Shown one piece after another: positions 1 to 11,592 of a DNA stretch of 64,000 nucleotides. The notes under the pieces are model-generated. The model had not been told where the DNA came from. It did no database searches and saw only the letters and a list, made by a program, of their open reading frames with translations. Source of the DNA: Planctomycetota bacterium (GTDB lineage: Bacteria; Planctomycetota; SZUA-567; H5-PLA8); contig JABTUM010000002.1 in assembly GCA_015075375.1 (NCBI GenBank), positions 341,393 through 405,392 on the forward strand, read 5' to 3'. Both the position numbers and the translations under genes were made by a program. How positions within the stretch are numbered: the first letter of the stretch is position 1; every line of letters starts with the position of its first letter.

Positions 1-212
1 TGATCGTCCCGTCCGGTTGCACCACCACCGAACGGAAACACAGATGCGTGATCGCCGACCAGTCCAGCGCCTGCGTGCTCCAATCCTTCATGTTCTTCGG
101 GAACCAGCCGTACGCGAATCGCTTCGGCGCTTCGGGCGCCTCCGAGCCGTACACGCCCAGCGCCAGGCTTCCCGCCAACACCGCCACCCACACCGCATAT
201 CCGGTCGACATC
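1..212 (-). CDS. possible 5' portion of a gene running off the left edge (N-terminus MSTGYAVWVAVLAGSLALGVYG..., hydrophobic, TM-like)
   Basis: Hand translation of the minus strand from the ATG at 212..210 stays open to the window edge. It lies directly downstream of the GntR/LacI regulator on the same strand. No recognisable motif. Confidence 0.2.
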
Positions 213-284
213 TTCGATCCTCCCATACACGCGGGCGTGACGCCGCCCGTGCCATGCTTCGCATGCCTGATGAACGAGAACGAC

Positions 285-1427
285 TTACCGGGAACCCGTC
301 GTGCCCGGCGGCGCAAGGCTGCCGCCCGCCACCGGCCGCGCCGGCACCACCGCTTTGCGGGGCAGTTCGTCCGAACCCGCGATCCGTTCGGCCAAGAGTT
401 TCACAGCGCGAGTGCCCAATTCCTGCGGATCGAATGCCAGATGCTCCAGCGGGATGCCGCCGGGAAGCATCCACAGCCCCGAAGCCGCGGTCGCGACGAT
501 CGAAATATCCCGCGGCACGCGCAGCCCGCGTTTGGCGGCCACTTCCGCGATACCCTGAGCCAGCCCGCCGTTGAAGGCCACCACGGCCGTCAGGCCGCGG
601 TCCAGCAGCGCGTCGGCCGCCGCTTGCCCCGACTCCCCCAAGTCCACGTCCGCGCGTGCGATCCAGTCCGGCGATACCGGCAGCCCCGCCGCGCCCATCG
701 CGTGCCGGTAGCCCGCCTCACGCTCTTTGCTGCTCTGCCCGCGCGGGATGCCCAGGAAGCCGATTTTGCGGTGCCCCAGCCCGATCAGCCGGTAGGTCAA
801 GTCCCGCCCCGCGCCCGCGTTGTCCAGCACCACGCAGTCCACCGGAGCGTGCTCGAAATGCGCGTCCACCAGCACCGCGGGGAAATGCAGCGCGTGCAGC
901 CGCGTCAGGAAGTCCTCGGCCGCCTGCCCCAGCAGCGCCAGGCCGTCCATGCGCCGCCGGTCGGCCAGCCGTTCGGCCGACCCCGGGTTGCGCAGGTCGC
1001 CCGCCCGGGCCAGCACCAGCGTGTCCAGGTGCTCGGCGAACGCCGCCTCCTGCATCCCGCGCATGACGCGCCAGAAAAAGGTCTCGTCCGAGAGGTCCAC
1101 GGGGAGGGGCGGGGGCAGGATGCCTATAACACCCGTCTTGGCCAAGTCCTCGCCCGTTTCCGTCCCGCTGCGCGCGACGAACGTCCCCTTGCCGCGCCGG
1201 ATCTCAAGCACCCCTGCGCGTTCCAGGTCCGCATACGCCTGCCGCACCGTCTTGTCCGCGACGCCCAAGGTCTTCGAAAGCCACGGGTACGACGGCAGCA
1301 AATCGCCCGGCTTGGCGCGCCCGGCCTCCAAGTGACGCAGAATCAATTCGCGGATCTGCTGATACAGCGGCTGATCCGATTGTGCCGGAAGCTTCCAGTA
1401 ACGGCCATGCGAAAGGGGGTCGGCCAT
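285..1427 (-). CDS. transcriptional regulator with a GntR-type winged-HTH N-terminus and a LacI/periplasmic-binding-protein-like C-terminal domain
   Basis: 380-aa ORF. The N-terminal segment (QQIRELILRHLEAGRAKPGDLLPSYPWLSKTLGVADKTVRQAYADLERAGVL) is typical of a GntR HTH. The C-terminal region has LacI-type sugar-binding features (VLDNAGAG...IGFLG...VVAFNGGLAQGI). It is a paralog of the ORF at 13971..15266. Confidence 0.8.
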   Translation of the reverse strand: MADPLSHGRYWKLPAQSDQPLYQQIRELILRHLEAGRAKPGDLLPSYPWLSKTLGVADKTVRQAYADLERAGVLEIRRGKGTFVARSGTETGEDLAKTGVIGILPPPLPVDLSDETFFWRVMRGMQEAAFAEHLDTLVLARAGDLRNPGSAERLADRRRMDGLALLGQAAEDFLTRLHALHFPAVLVDAHFEHAPVDCVVLDNAGAGRDLTYRLIGLGHRKIGFLGIPRGQSSKEREAGYRHAMGAAGLPVSPDWIARADVDLGESGQAAADALLDRGLTAVVAFNGGLAQGIAEVAAKRGLRVPRDISIVATAASGLWMLPGGIPLEHLAFDPQELGTRAVKLLAERIAGSDELPRKAVVPARPVAGGSLAPPGTTGSR

Positions 1428-1695
1428 GCCTATTCCTATCTTATGTACCTAAGTCTATATACTCCGTATTTCCTGAATCCGCCAGGGTTTTTGGGGTATT
1501 TATCGAGCTTCCGATTCCGCTCGCTTGAAGTGCTTGCGCGGCCGCTCTTTGGCGCTGAGGCGCGTGCGCGCCGGATGCGTTCAATCCGGGATTGAATGAA
1601 TTCATTTGCCGGGCGCGGTAGAGTCAGCGCGAGGCGCGCGTCCCGGGTCGGATCGAATTCCTCCGGCCGCGCCGCGCTGCACCGGAGGTTCGGAC

Positions 1696-2076
1696 ATGCC
1701 GCTTGACCTGCCCCCGAAGCGTATCCGCCGCCTTGCCGAAGAGGCTCTCGCCACGCTCCCGGAAGAGTTCCGCGCTGCCGTCGCCGAATGCGTTTTGAGC
1801 CTTCAACCCCGCGCCAGCGCCGCCCAGCGCCGCGAACTGGAACTTCAACCGGACGAGGAAGTCTACGGGCTCTATGAGGGACACGCGCTGACCGAGCGCC
1901 ACGTCGACGACCCGCCCGGCCTGCCGCCGCGCATCTCGATCTTTTACGAACCGCTGCTCGAAGACTGCGACACGGAGGAAGAACTCAAGCGCGAGATTCA
2001 GACCACGGTGCTCCACGAGATCGGGCACCATTTCGGCCTCGACGAGGACCGTCTGGACGAACTCGGGTACGCCTGA
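1696..2076 (+). CDS. small zincin-like metallopeptidase-family protein (HExxH motif: VLHEIGHHFGLDEDRLDELG)
   Basis: Likely start is the ATG at 1696 (MPLDLPPK) inside ORF 1606..2076. The C-terminal HEIGHHFG motif and a length of about 126 aa match the small putative zinc metallopeptidase family. Confidence 0.65.
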   Translation: MPLDLPPKRIRRLAEEALATLPEEFRAAVAECVLSLQPRASAAQRRELELQPDEEVYGLYEGHALTERHVDDPPGLPPRISIFYEPLLEDCDTEEELKREIQTTVLHEIGHHFGLDEDRLDELGYA

Positions 2077-2085
2077 AGTGACGAA

Positions 2086-2478
2086 TTACCCGTTTAAAAC
2101 CGCATAAAGGATGAAGATCCAGGGGCAGCACGCGATCACGCAGTGCGGCAGGATAATATAGAGACGGAACTTGGGTGGTGTATGCTCCCGGCCGGCGAGA
2201 AGGTGAAGCGCACGGGCCCAGGCAGCCAATACGCTTAGCATGAAGAAGGACATGAAGAGCGCGATGACCCAGTCTTCCTTCCCGGCGAAGATGAACGAAC
2301 GGTAAATCATGGCGCTGGCCATAGCCGTAAATAGGCCCGTTATCCCCACCGCAAGAAGCAACTCGGATAGGAAAAAGGAGGTCTGCTTTAGCAGCGCTCT
2401 GGCTGTCCGATAAAGCGCGAATACGAACGACGCCACCAGCACGGAGCCGACAAGTAGCAGCAGGACAAATGGAGTCAT
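2086..2478 (-). CDS. hypothetical small integral membrane protein (3-4 predicted TM helices)
   Basis: 130-aa ORF with several hydrophobic stretches (MTPFVLLLLVGSVLVASFVFALY...). No recognised motif. Confidence 0.5.
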   Translation of the reverse strand: MTPFVLLLLVGSVLVASFVFALYRTARALLKQTSFFLSELLLAVGITGLFTAMASAMIYRSFIFAGKEDWVIALFMSFFMLSVLAAWARALHLLAGREHTPPKFRLYIILPHCVIACCPWIFILYAVLNG

Positions 2479-2534
2479 GGTCGAATAATAACCACTGCGG
2501 GCCTTCTCTTTCGGCGCTTACGGCAGGTTATAGT

Positions 2535-4688
<2,154 letters not shown>

Positions 4689-4770
4689 TCAGGTATGGCG
4701 GGCGTCCCGTCCGCCAGTGAAGTAAGAAACAAAGGGGATTCGAAAACAGAAACGCCACGCCTGAATAATA

Positions 4771-4817
4771 CGCACGCCGTTCCCTTCTCCCTCTGGGAGA
4801 AGGGCAGGGATGAGGGA
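4771..4817. repeat. repeat copy A (core cgccgttcccttctccc-tct-gggagaagggcagggatgaggg, containing a 10-bp stem / 3-nt loop hairpin)
   Basis: Exact duplicate of 4854..4899, located 83 bp away. The same core recurs three times at 11262..11592. Confidence 0.85.
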
Positions 4818-4853
4818 GGTATACTCAGCACTCGTCCGCGGATTTACAGCCCC

Positions 4854-4899
4854 GCACGCCGTTCCCTTCTCCCTCTGGGAGAAGGGCAGGGATGAGGGA
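4854..4899. repeat. repeat copy B of the same hairpin-containing element
   Basis: Identical 46-nt sequence to 4771..4817. It is followed by the short degenerate repeats aatccaaaatccaaaatcgtaaatccaaaatc at 4929..4960. Confidence 0.85.
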
Positions 4900-4962
4900 A
4901 GCACGCCCCCGCATCCCCGCCGCGCCTCAATCCAAAATCCAAAATCGTAAATCCAAAATCTG

Positions 4963-6552
4963 CTAGTTCCGGCTCAACTCATCCGCGCTGCGAGCCAGTT
5001 CTCCATACGCCGCCGACAACGCGGCGAGCTTCTTGCCCTTCTCGCTCGCCTCCTTGTTCCCCACCCGGAAAACGCCGAAGTCGAACCCGCCGGCTTCCCG
5101 AGCTTCGCGCGCCTGAGCGTCGTAATGGTTCCGCGCCGCCGCCGACCATTCTCCCAGCTCTCGAGCGCTCGCGCGCACCGCCGCCGGTTGGCCCTTCAAT
5201 TCTGCGAAGCGCTTGGCCAGCAGCAGGTCGCGCGCCGAGCGCACCGAGGCGCCCAGGCGCTGGTCGAGCGCCTCCAGTTGCGGCAGCAGCTTCGCCGCGT
5301 ACGCATCGCGCGCATCGATCGCCAGCGCCTGTTGGTGCAACTCCAGCGCCTGCCCCCGCGCCGCGCCCACCAGCACCGCCCGCTCGCGCGTCGCCAGCAG
5401 ATCGGCCAGTCCGTCCTCAAGCTGCAGCAGCCCCTCGTGCTCGGGGTGCAGCACCGTCGCCGCGTCGGCGATCTTCGCCGCTTCGTCGAACTGGTCGCGC
5501 TTGATCAGGTCCAGGATTCGGGCTTCCTGGGCCGCGACCTGAGCTTCGCCCGGAGCGACGCCAGGCCGGCCTTGGCCTTGCCCCGAGCGCGATCTGTTCA
5601 TCCGCGACATCCGCGCGCCGTACACCTCCCGCAGCGGCGGATACGCCACGCCCGCGCGGTGATATTCTTCTTTCGCCGTCTTCCAGTCACGCCGTTCACG
5701 CGCCGCGTCGCCGCGCAGCACCGCCAGCCAGCCCGCTGCCGCGGAAGCCCGCGTCCGCGCTTCGGCGTCTTCCGGATCGTGATGCAGCGCCGCTTCGTAG
5801 TGCGCGTGAGCCGCTTCCCATTCGCCCTTCAAGAACGCCCGGTCCGCGAACTCGCGGTGCTGCCGGTACGCCTCGTCGCCGCGTGCTTCTTCCCACAGCG
5901 CCAGCAGCGGCTCAGGGTAATTTTCCGGCGGCCGCAACGCGTCGGCCGGCACCGGAGGATGCACAGGCCGCACGGCCGGCTGAGCCACGGGCGGCGCCAC
6001 CGGGCCTTGCGCCTGAGCTGCGCGCGCTTCGGCCTCGCGCCGCGCCGCTTCTTCGCGCGCCAGCCGCTCCGCTTCCTCCTTCGCCTTCCGTTCCGCTTCG
6101 GCCTTCGCGGCCCGCTCCGCTGTCTCGCGTGCCTGCTGCTCCTGGTACGCCCGCTCGTATCCCGCCCGGCTCTGCCAGTCCGCCCGCCCCGTCTTCGGAG
6201 GCAGATCGTTCATCAAATGCGCGTCGCGCGAAGGCGCATCCTTATCGGTCGCCGCCAAACTCAGCGTGTCGGCCGCCACCGTATAACGGAAATGCCGCCG
6301 CGCCTTCACCGCGTCGGGATACGTCAGAGCCAAATCCGTGCTCGTAGCGGCATAAAGTCCCTGAACCTTCTGGCCGCCCGGAGAGGTGATCGCATACTGC
6401 CGGTCCGCCGTCAGCGTAAGCTGCCAGAACTTCCCGCCTTCGACGAAGAGCCACGTATTGACCAGCTCGCCTTCGCCCGCGTGAAGCCCCAGCCCGGCCA
6501 AGCTCGCCAGAACCCATACCGCCATACGCATCGCATTGCTGGGCATGCTCAA
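4963..6552 (-). CDS. secreted coiled-coil / TPR-like protein of unknown function
   Basis: 529 aa with an N-terminal signal peptide (MRMAVWVLASLAGLGLHA). It has a long charged E/A/R-rich coiled-coil segment (AERAAKAEAERKAKEEAERLAREEAARREAEARAAQ) and TPR-like helical repeats in the C-terminal half. Confidence 0.6.
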   Translation of the reverse strand: MSMPSNAMRMAVWVLASLAGLGLHAGEGELVNTWLFVEGGKFWQLTLTADRQYAITSPGGQKVQGLYAATSTDLALTYPDAVKARRHFRYTVAADTLSLAATDKDAPSRDAHLMNDLPPKTGRADWQSRAGYERAYQEQQARETAERAAKAEAERKAKEEAERLAREEAARREAEARAAQAQGPVAPPVAQPAVRPVHPPVPADALRPPENYPEPLLALWEEARGDEAYRQHREFADRAFLKGEWEAAHAHYEAALHHDPEDAEARTRASAAAGWLAVLRGDAARERRDWKTAKEEYHRAGVAYPPLREVYGARMSRMNRSRSGQGQGRPGVAPGEAQVAAQEARILDLIKRDQFDEAAKIADAATVLHPEHEGLLQLEDGLADLLATRERAVLVGAARGQALELHQQALAIDARDAYAAKLLPQLEALDQRLGASVRSARDLLLAKRFAELKGQPAAVRASARELGEWSAAARNHYDAQAREAREAGGFDFGVFRVGNKEASEKGKKLAALSAAYGELARSADELSRN

Positions 6553-6774
6553 CCCTCCTTGATTAGCCGTGATTGCGGACGCGGCTCCCTTGTAGGGGCA
6601 AGGACGGCCTAAACCAACCGAAATTCAGGGATTTGGATTGGGCAACCTATACGCATGAATGGCCATGCGGAATTCAGTAACCCGCACCGCCAAGGACAAC
6701 CACCGGTAGAATACGGTCCTCATTTTTGTCGTTATACAGTGCGGCGCCCTTACCGGTAATCGTTCGCTCGCCGT

Positions 6775-8178
6775 TCAGAACTCCCCTTCTTCCTGGCCCT
6801 GCTCTTTCTTCGGCGGGCACCGCACGTCCTTCACGCCCACCAGCTCCCGCGCACCGCCGGGGCGCTGCCATTCCAGCTTCGCCACCGCGCCGCCGCCGCC
6901 CTGAAAAAATTCGTACTTCAGCGCGTGCATCCCCGGCTGCAGTTCTACCTGCACCTGCCGCTCTTCCGTCCCGTGCAGATTCCAGTCGTCCAGCACCAGC
7001 TTCTCGCCCAAGTACAGCCGCGAGCCGTCGTCCGTCGTCGAGTAGAACGTGTACGTCCCCGCCGCATCGACCTTCAGGAATCCCGTCCAGCGCGCGCTGA
7101 ATTCCTCCTGCCGCCCGTCCGGGAACGGAAAATTGTTCTCCATGTGGTTCACCGATTCGCAGAGCTTCTCGTGGAGCTGCTTCTCGAAATTCCGCCCCTC
7201 GAAGAACTGGCCCCACAGCCCCGGCTGATAAATCCCCACGTCGCCCAAATGCGCCTCAGCCCACGCCACGATATCGGGCAGCCCCGATGCGTACGCGCGT
7301 TCGACGTACGCCTTCAGCCGCTGCCCCGCCTCCGCGTCGCCGGCCATCCGCCCGAAGCGCTCGGCGTCCCCGCCCGCCGTCGTCGCCCAAGCCGTCGCCA
7401 GCACGCCCACCAAATCCCGGCGCTCGAACTTCGCATCGTCGCCTTTCGTCTGCTCGTACAGCTTGGGAATCTGATCGGCCGGGATCGCGCGCCCGAAACT
7501 CGCAAGCGCCGTCAGCAGCGCGCCGCGCAACTCTGGCGGAGGTTCGCCGTTCAAGCGCTGCAGCAGCGCCTCCACCGCCCGCGGATCGCGCCGCTTGCCC
7601 AGCAACTCCGCCGCCTGAGCCGCCAACCCGATGTCCGTATCCTTCAACGCCTGAGCCAGCAGAATGTGCGCGACTTCGCCCATCGAGAGCAACTGCACGC
7701 GAGCGTGCTTGCGAGCGTCGCCCGTCGCCTTCAACGACTGAATCGCCGCCAGCGCACGCCCCGCGCTCGCGCGGTAATCGCGAAGCTGCTCGCTCAAATC
7801 CCTGAGCTGATTCTGTTGTTCGGGTTCGTAGAACGTGCGCAGCATCTCCGAGCACAACCGGTGCGCGGGGCCGAACTCGCCCGACGCGATCTGCGCCTTC
7901 AGCTTCTCGATCAGTTCCGGATAGCTGCCCGTCACCGCCGGCGCCGGCGTCTCGACCTTCGTCACCGTCGGCCCCTGCACCACCGTCGCCGGCTCCGGCG
8001 CAGGCGACGCGGGCTCGATCGCCTTCATGGGCGCGAGCTCGGCCGATTTCACCGCCTCCGCCGCCGGCTGAGCAGGGGCCGCCGCCGCGTCCTTCGGCGC
8101 GCCCGATCCACACCCCAGCGGAGCCGCCAGCAGCGCCGCCAGCCCCAACCGGCCCCAAGCCCTGAGCGTACGCGGCAT
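6775..8178 (-). CDS. lipoprotein with HEAT-like repeats and a C-terminal PA14-like beta-sandwich domain
   Basis: Start is at MPRTLRAW, followed by a lipobox-like LGCGSG. HEAT-like repeats are present (DPRAVEALLQRLNGEPPPELRGALLTAL). The C-terminal motif FSARWTGFLKVDAAGTYTFYSTTDDGSRLYLG is characteristic of PA14/GLEYA-type domains. Confidence 0.7.
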   Translation of the reverse strand: MPRTLRAWGRLGLAALLAAPLGCGSGAPKDAAAAPAQPAAEAVKSAELAPMKAIEPASPAPEPATVVQGPTVTKVETPAPAVTGSYPELIEKLKAQIASGEFGPAHRLCSEMLRTFYEPEQQNQLRDLSEQLRDYRASAGRALAAIQSLKATGDARKHARVQLLSMGEVAHILLAQALKDTDIGLAAQAAELLGKRRDPRAVEALLQRLNGEPPPELRGALLTALASFGRAIPADQIPKLYEQTKGDDAKFERRDLVGVLATAWATTAGGDAERFGRMAGDAEAGQRLKAYVERAYASGLPDIVAWAEAHLGDVGIYQPGLWGQFFEGRNFEKQLHEKLCESVNHMENNFPFPDGRQEEFSARWTGFLKVDAAGTYTFYSTTDDGSRLYLGEKLVLDDWNLHGTEERQVQVELQPGMHALKYEFFQGGGGAVAKLEWQRPGGARELVGVKDVRCPPKKEQGQEEGEF

Positions 8179-8440
8179 CGTCGGCTCCTTATAAGGATGC
8201 AGAACGGCTACATCGGTACAACCCCGCCCGCGCACACCTGTTGAATAAAAATGCTATCGTTTTACCGGCGCCTAAAGCAAAGCGTATCCCAAGCGCCTTA
8301 ACCGCTGCGTGCGTTGAAGTTCACCAGTGCAATCGAGCCAGCCGCCTCAAATGAAAACGGAACCGCGGACGCTTCGCGCGCCGGGTTCCGCTTGCGACGG
8401 CTTCCTGTTCTGCCGAGCCTGCGTTCATCCCTTCAGTTTA

Positions 8441-9058
8441 TCATGGCTTCGCCGCTGCCGAGGCCGCTTTCACCACATCCTCCGGCGCCAGCCGAGCCTT
8501 GTAGTCCGGGTTCGCATGCGCGAACAAAATCTTCCCGTCGCGCCCCACCACGTACACCGCCGGCACCGGCAGCGTCCAGTCCTGCGCGTCCAGGTCGATC
8601 TTGTACCCGCGATACTTCTCGATCGTCGCCGCGTCCAGCTTGAACGCGAGCTTGAACGCCTTCGCCGCCGCGTTCTGCGGATCGCTCAGCAGCGTAAACG
8701 ACACGCCGTGCTTCTCGGCCGTCGGCGCGAGCTTCGCCACGTCGTCCGGCGTGATCGCGACCAGCTTCAAGCCCTGTTCGGCCAGTTGAGGTTCGACCTT
8801 CTGCAACGCCGCCAAATGCCGCGTGCAGAACGGGCACCAGCCCCCGCGGTAGAAGATCACCACCGCCGGCTTCTCCTTCAGCAGCGCCGCCAGTTCCACC
8901 GCCTCGCCCTTGGCATTCTTCAACGTCGCCGCCGGGACCGCATCGCCCACCGCCAAGCCCTTCGCGTCTTCGGGCTTCTCCGCGACGCCCTCCGCCGCCG
9001 CCAGCGCCGCGCTCATCCCCAGCAACCCGGCCAGCATCGCAAATCGAACTCGAATCAT
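8441..9058 (-). CDS. secreted thioredoxin-fold redoxin (AhpC/TSA-family thiol-disulfide oxidoreductase)
   Basis: 205 aa with a signal peptide and a thioredoxin-fold motif (VVIFYRGGWCPFCTRHLAAL). Confidence 0.8.
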   Translation of the reverse strand: MIRVRFAMLAGLLGMSAALAAAEGVAEKPEDAKGLAVGDAVPAATLKNAKGEAVELAALLKEKPAVVIFYRGGWCPFCTRHLAALQKVEPQLAEQGLKLVAITPDDVAKLAPTAEKHGVSFTLLSDPQNAAAKAFKLAFKLDAATIEKYRGYKIDLDAQDWTLPVPAVYVVGRDGKILFAHANPDYKARLAPEDVVKAASAAAKP

Positions 9059-9267
9059 TTCGAACGTCGCTCCTCATCAGGGCGTGCACGCCCCCGCCAT
9101 TCGCGCGCCGCGCGAAACCAAGCGAGAACCGTTTGAGCTACCGATGCCAGAGCGGGGGCCGCTTATTCCGAGCGTACCGATTTTCTCGGACCCAGTTCAC
9201 GAGCCGTTCGAGCTTTGCCGTTTGTTTGGTTTTTACCGCTTGAAGGGTTCCTTTAACCATCCGCGCT

Positions 9268-11238
9268 CTACTTCCCATTCACCAAATAGTAGACCTGCTG
9301 CGCCCCGCACTTCGGACACTTCAACCGGCTCCCCTTAAAGTTCGCCGGCACCTCGCGCGTGTAACCGCACGCGCAGGAGAACGCATCCGGAATCAGCGCC
9401 CGCCGCGCTTCGTCGCTCCCCGGATCGTCCGGAGGCTGCCCGCCCTTCGCCGCGGCCGGCGGCGGAGGCGGCACGCCGTCCGATCCGCGCCGCGCACCCG
9501 GTGCGGGCGGGGGAGGCACCGGCGGACGCGCGCTCGGATCCAGGTCCGATCCGCGCAGCACTTTCCCGCCTCGCGAATTATCGACCTCCAGTTCTTTGAA
9601 CATCTCCCAGCGCGCCGCGCCGCTTTGCCGCTCTTCGAATTTCACGCTGTCCAGCTTCCCATCCCCATCCGCATCGCGCACGCCGTAGCTCGCGCCGGCC
9701 GCCACCGGCTTCGGCGGCGGCGGAACCGGAACGCCGCCCGAGCCGACAGGTGCGGGAACCGGCCGTAGTTTTCCTCCTGCTCCAGGAAGAGTACTGGATG
9801 CGAGCGGCGCCGCTGCGCCCGCCGCCTGCGGCGCGGCCTGCGCTTGCTGCTTCGCGCGAGCGATCTGCTCCAGCGTCTCCGCCGCCACCGGCGTCTGAGC
9901 GCCGCATTTCGCGCAGACCACCAGCTTCGGCCGGTCCGGAAGCGCCAGCCGCTCGCCGCACGCGCACGACATCATCAGCGCACCGGCCATACCCAGTCCG
10001 CCCGGAGCGAACAGCGCCGCCAGCACCGCCTCGGGCGGGAGTTGCCCCTGCGCCACCGCGCCCGCCGTCAGCACCCGCGCCAGCGGCTCCAGACGCTGCT
10101 GCATCGCCTCCGGCGTCCGCGCCCCTCCGCCTTTTAAGTGCTCCAGACCGAACGGAGCTTGGCCCGGCTGCAACGCCGCCTCGGCCTGCCCCTTCGGAAC
10201 CGGACGCGTCCCGCGCTCCGACGAGGCCTGCTGCAAATCCTTCGCAGAATACAGCCCGCGCTTCCCATCCTTCGCCATCAAGCGGAACTGCCGCTCGTAA
10301 TCGTTCAGCGTCGCGCCCGTCCCCAGGCTGCGCAGAATTCCCACGCGCTCCTTCAACGGAGGATGCGTGCTGAACAGTTCCTTCGCGCGCTCCTCGTGAG
10401 CTTTGATCGGATTGACGATGAAGAGCGGCGCCGTCGCGCGGTTGGCGACCTCCAGTACCTCCTGGTCGGCCGAGATTTTCTCCAGCGCGCTCGCCAGGCC
10501 TTCCGGGTTGCGCGTGAACTCCACGGCGCTCGCGTCGGCCAGGTATTCGCGCCGCCGGCTGATGCACAGATACAGCATCCGGGCGATGATCGGCGCCAGG
10601 ATCGCCAGCAGCAGCGCCAGGACCAGCAGCACGAGCTGCGCGCCGCCGCCTCCGCCGCCCTTGCTCCCGCCAGAACGCTTGCCGCCGCCGAACCTGAACA
10701 GCCGCGCGTAGCGCAGGAAGAAATCGCACAACAGCGCGATCGTGCCCACCATCACCGCCGCGCGGATCAGATAGTTCGTGTCGCGGTTGCGGATGTGCGC
10801 CAGTTCGTGCGCCATCACGCCGGCCAGTTCGTCGCGCGTCAGCTTCTGCAGCAAGCCCGACGTGATCGCCACCGCCGCCGTCTGCGGCGTGCGCCCTACC
10901 GCGAAGGCGTTGGGCGCCGTGTCCTCGATCACGTAGATCCGCGGGCGCGGCAAGCCCGAGGCGATGCAGAGTTCCTCGACGACGTTCCAGAGCTGCGGAA
11001 ATTCCTTGTGCGAAACCTCGCGCGCCCCGGACATGCTCAGCACCGCCGAGTCCGCCGCGAAGTATGTGATGATCGTGAGGACCAGCCAAGTGCTCAGCGC
11101 CAGGAACGCGCCCGTCACCAAGCCCTGCTCGGGATCGGCCGCCGCGCCCAAGATCGCGCCGACCAGCACCGTGAACGCGCCGAGCCCCATCATCAAGAGG
11201 AGCGACTTGCGCTCGTTGGATCGGATCAGATCCCACAT
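9268..11238 (-). CDS. HtpX-like M48 zinc metalloprotease with a roughly 350-aa C-terminal extension carrying two zinc-ribbon modules
   Basis: The N-terminal 300 aa have 4 TM segments and the HEXXH motif (VMAHELAHIRNRD), a Gly-rich loop and the STHPPLKERV region typical of HtpX. The tail contains Pro-rich linkers, an EF-hand-like DADGDGKLD loop and duplicated CxCG...CxKCGAQ motifs (SCACGERLALPDRPKLVVCAKCGAQ and SCACGYTREVPANFKGSRLKCPKCGAQ). Confidence 0.8.
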   Translation of the reverse strand: MWDLIRSNERKSLLLMMGLGAFTVLVGAILGAAADPEQGLVTGAFLALSTWLVLTIITYFAADSAVLSMSGAREVSHKEFPQLWNVVEELCIASGLPRPRIYVIEDTAPNAFAVGRTPQTAAVAITSGLLQKLTRDELAGVMAHELAHIRNRDTNYLIRAAVMVGTIALLCDFFLRYARLFRFGGGKRSGGSKGGGGGGAQLVLLVLALLLAILAPIIARMLYLCISRRREYLADASAVEFTRNPEGLASALEKISADQEVLEVANRATAPLFIVNPIKAHEERAKELFSTHPPLKERVGILRSLGTGATLNDYERQFRLMAKDGKRGLYSAKDLQQASSERGTRPVPKGQAEAALQPGQAPFGLEHLKGGGARTPEAMQQRLEPLARVLTAGAVAQGQLPPEAVLAALFAPGGLGMAGALMMSCACGERLALPDRPKLVVCAKCGAQTPVAAETLEQIARAKQQAQAAPQAAGAAAPLASSTLPGAGGKLRPVPAPVGSGGVPVPPPPKPVAAGASYGVRDADGDGKLDSVKFEERQSGAARWEMFKELEVDNSRGGKVLRGSDLDPSARPPVPPPPAPGARRGSDGVPPPPPAAAKGGQPPDDPGSDEARRALIPDAFSCACGYTREVPANFKGSRLKCPKCGAQQVYYLVNGK

Positions 11239-11261
11239 GGCTGCGTTGCGTCCGTCTCCGG

Positions 11262-11592
11262 ATTCAAGTTCTCCCCCTGAGCAAGGGGGAGCCAGAGGGG
11301 GTGCCGTCGCCGTTCCCTTCTCCCACTGGGAGAAGGGCCAGGGATGAGGGCGGTCATGCCCTTCACCCGTCCCTAGCTCCTATTCTCCCCCTTAGCAAGG
11401 GGGAGTTAGAGGGGGTGCCGTCGCCGTTCCCTTCTCCCTCTGGGAGAAGGGCCAGGGATGAGGGCGGTCAAGCTCTTCACCCGGCCCTAGCTCCTATTCT
11501 CCCCCTTAACAAGGGGGAGTTAGAGGGGGTGCCGTCGCCGTTTCCCTCTCCCTCTGGGAGAAGGGCGGTCAAGCCCTTCACCCGCGCCCTAG
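11262..11592. repeat. tandem array of three units of about 114 bp, each with two hairpins (ctccccc-ttagcaa-gggggag and cccttctccc-tct-gggagaaggg); shares its core with the repeats at 4771-4899
   Basis: Units are at 11262-11376, 11377-11490 and 11491-11592. The last unit lacks a 12-bp ccagggatgagg segment. The units are directly adjacent with no unique spacers. The ORF 11301..11597 (PSPFPSP repeats) is a translation artefact of this array. Confidence 0.85.

Noticed and set aside
48-1595. Long antisense/shadow ORFs throughout (e.g. 48..1595 +, 2469..4895 +, 5125..6612 +, 12033..13931 +, 33486..35096 -, 48515..51028 +, 59496..61451 -).
   Set aside because: Each overlaps a well-supported gene on the opposite strand. 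The translations are R/G/A/P-rich with no motifs, which is typical of high-GC shadow ORFs.
11262-11592. Tandem repeat array as a possible CRISPR array, or the PSPFPSP-repeat protein ORF 11301..11597 as a real gene.
   Set aside because: The units are directly adjacent with no unique spacers and no cas genes nearby. The ORF is simply the repeat translated in one frame.
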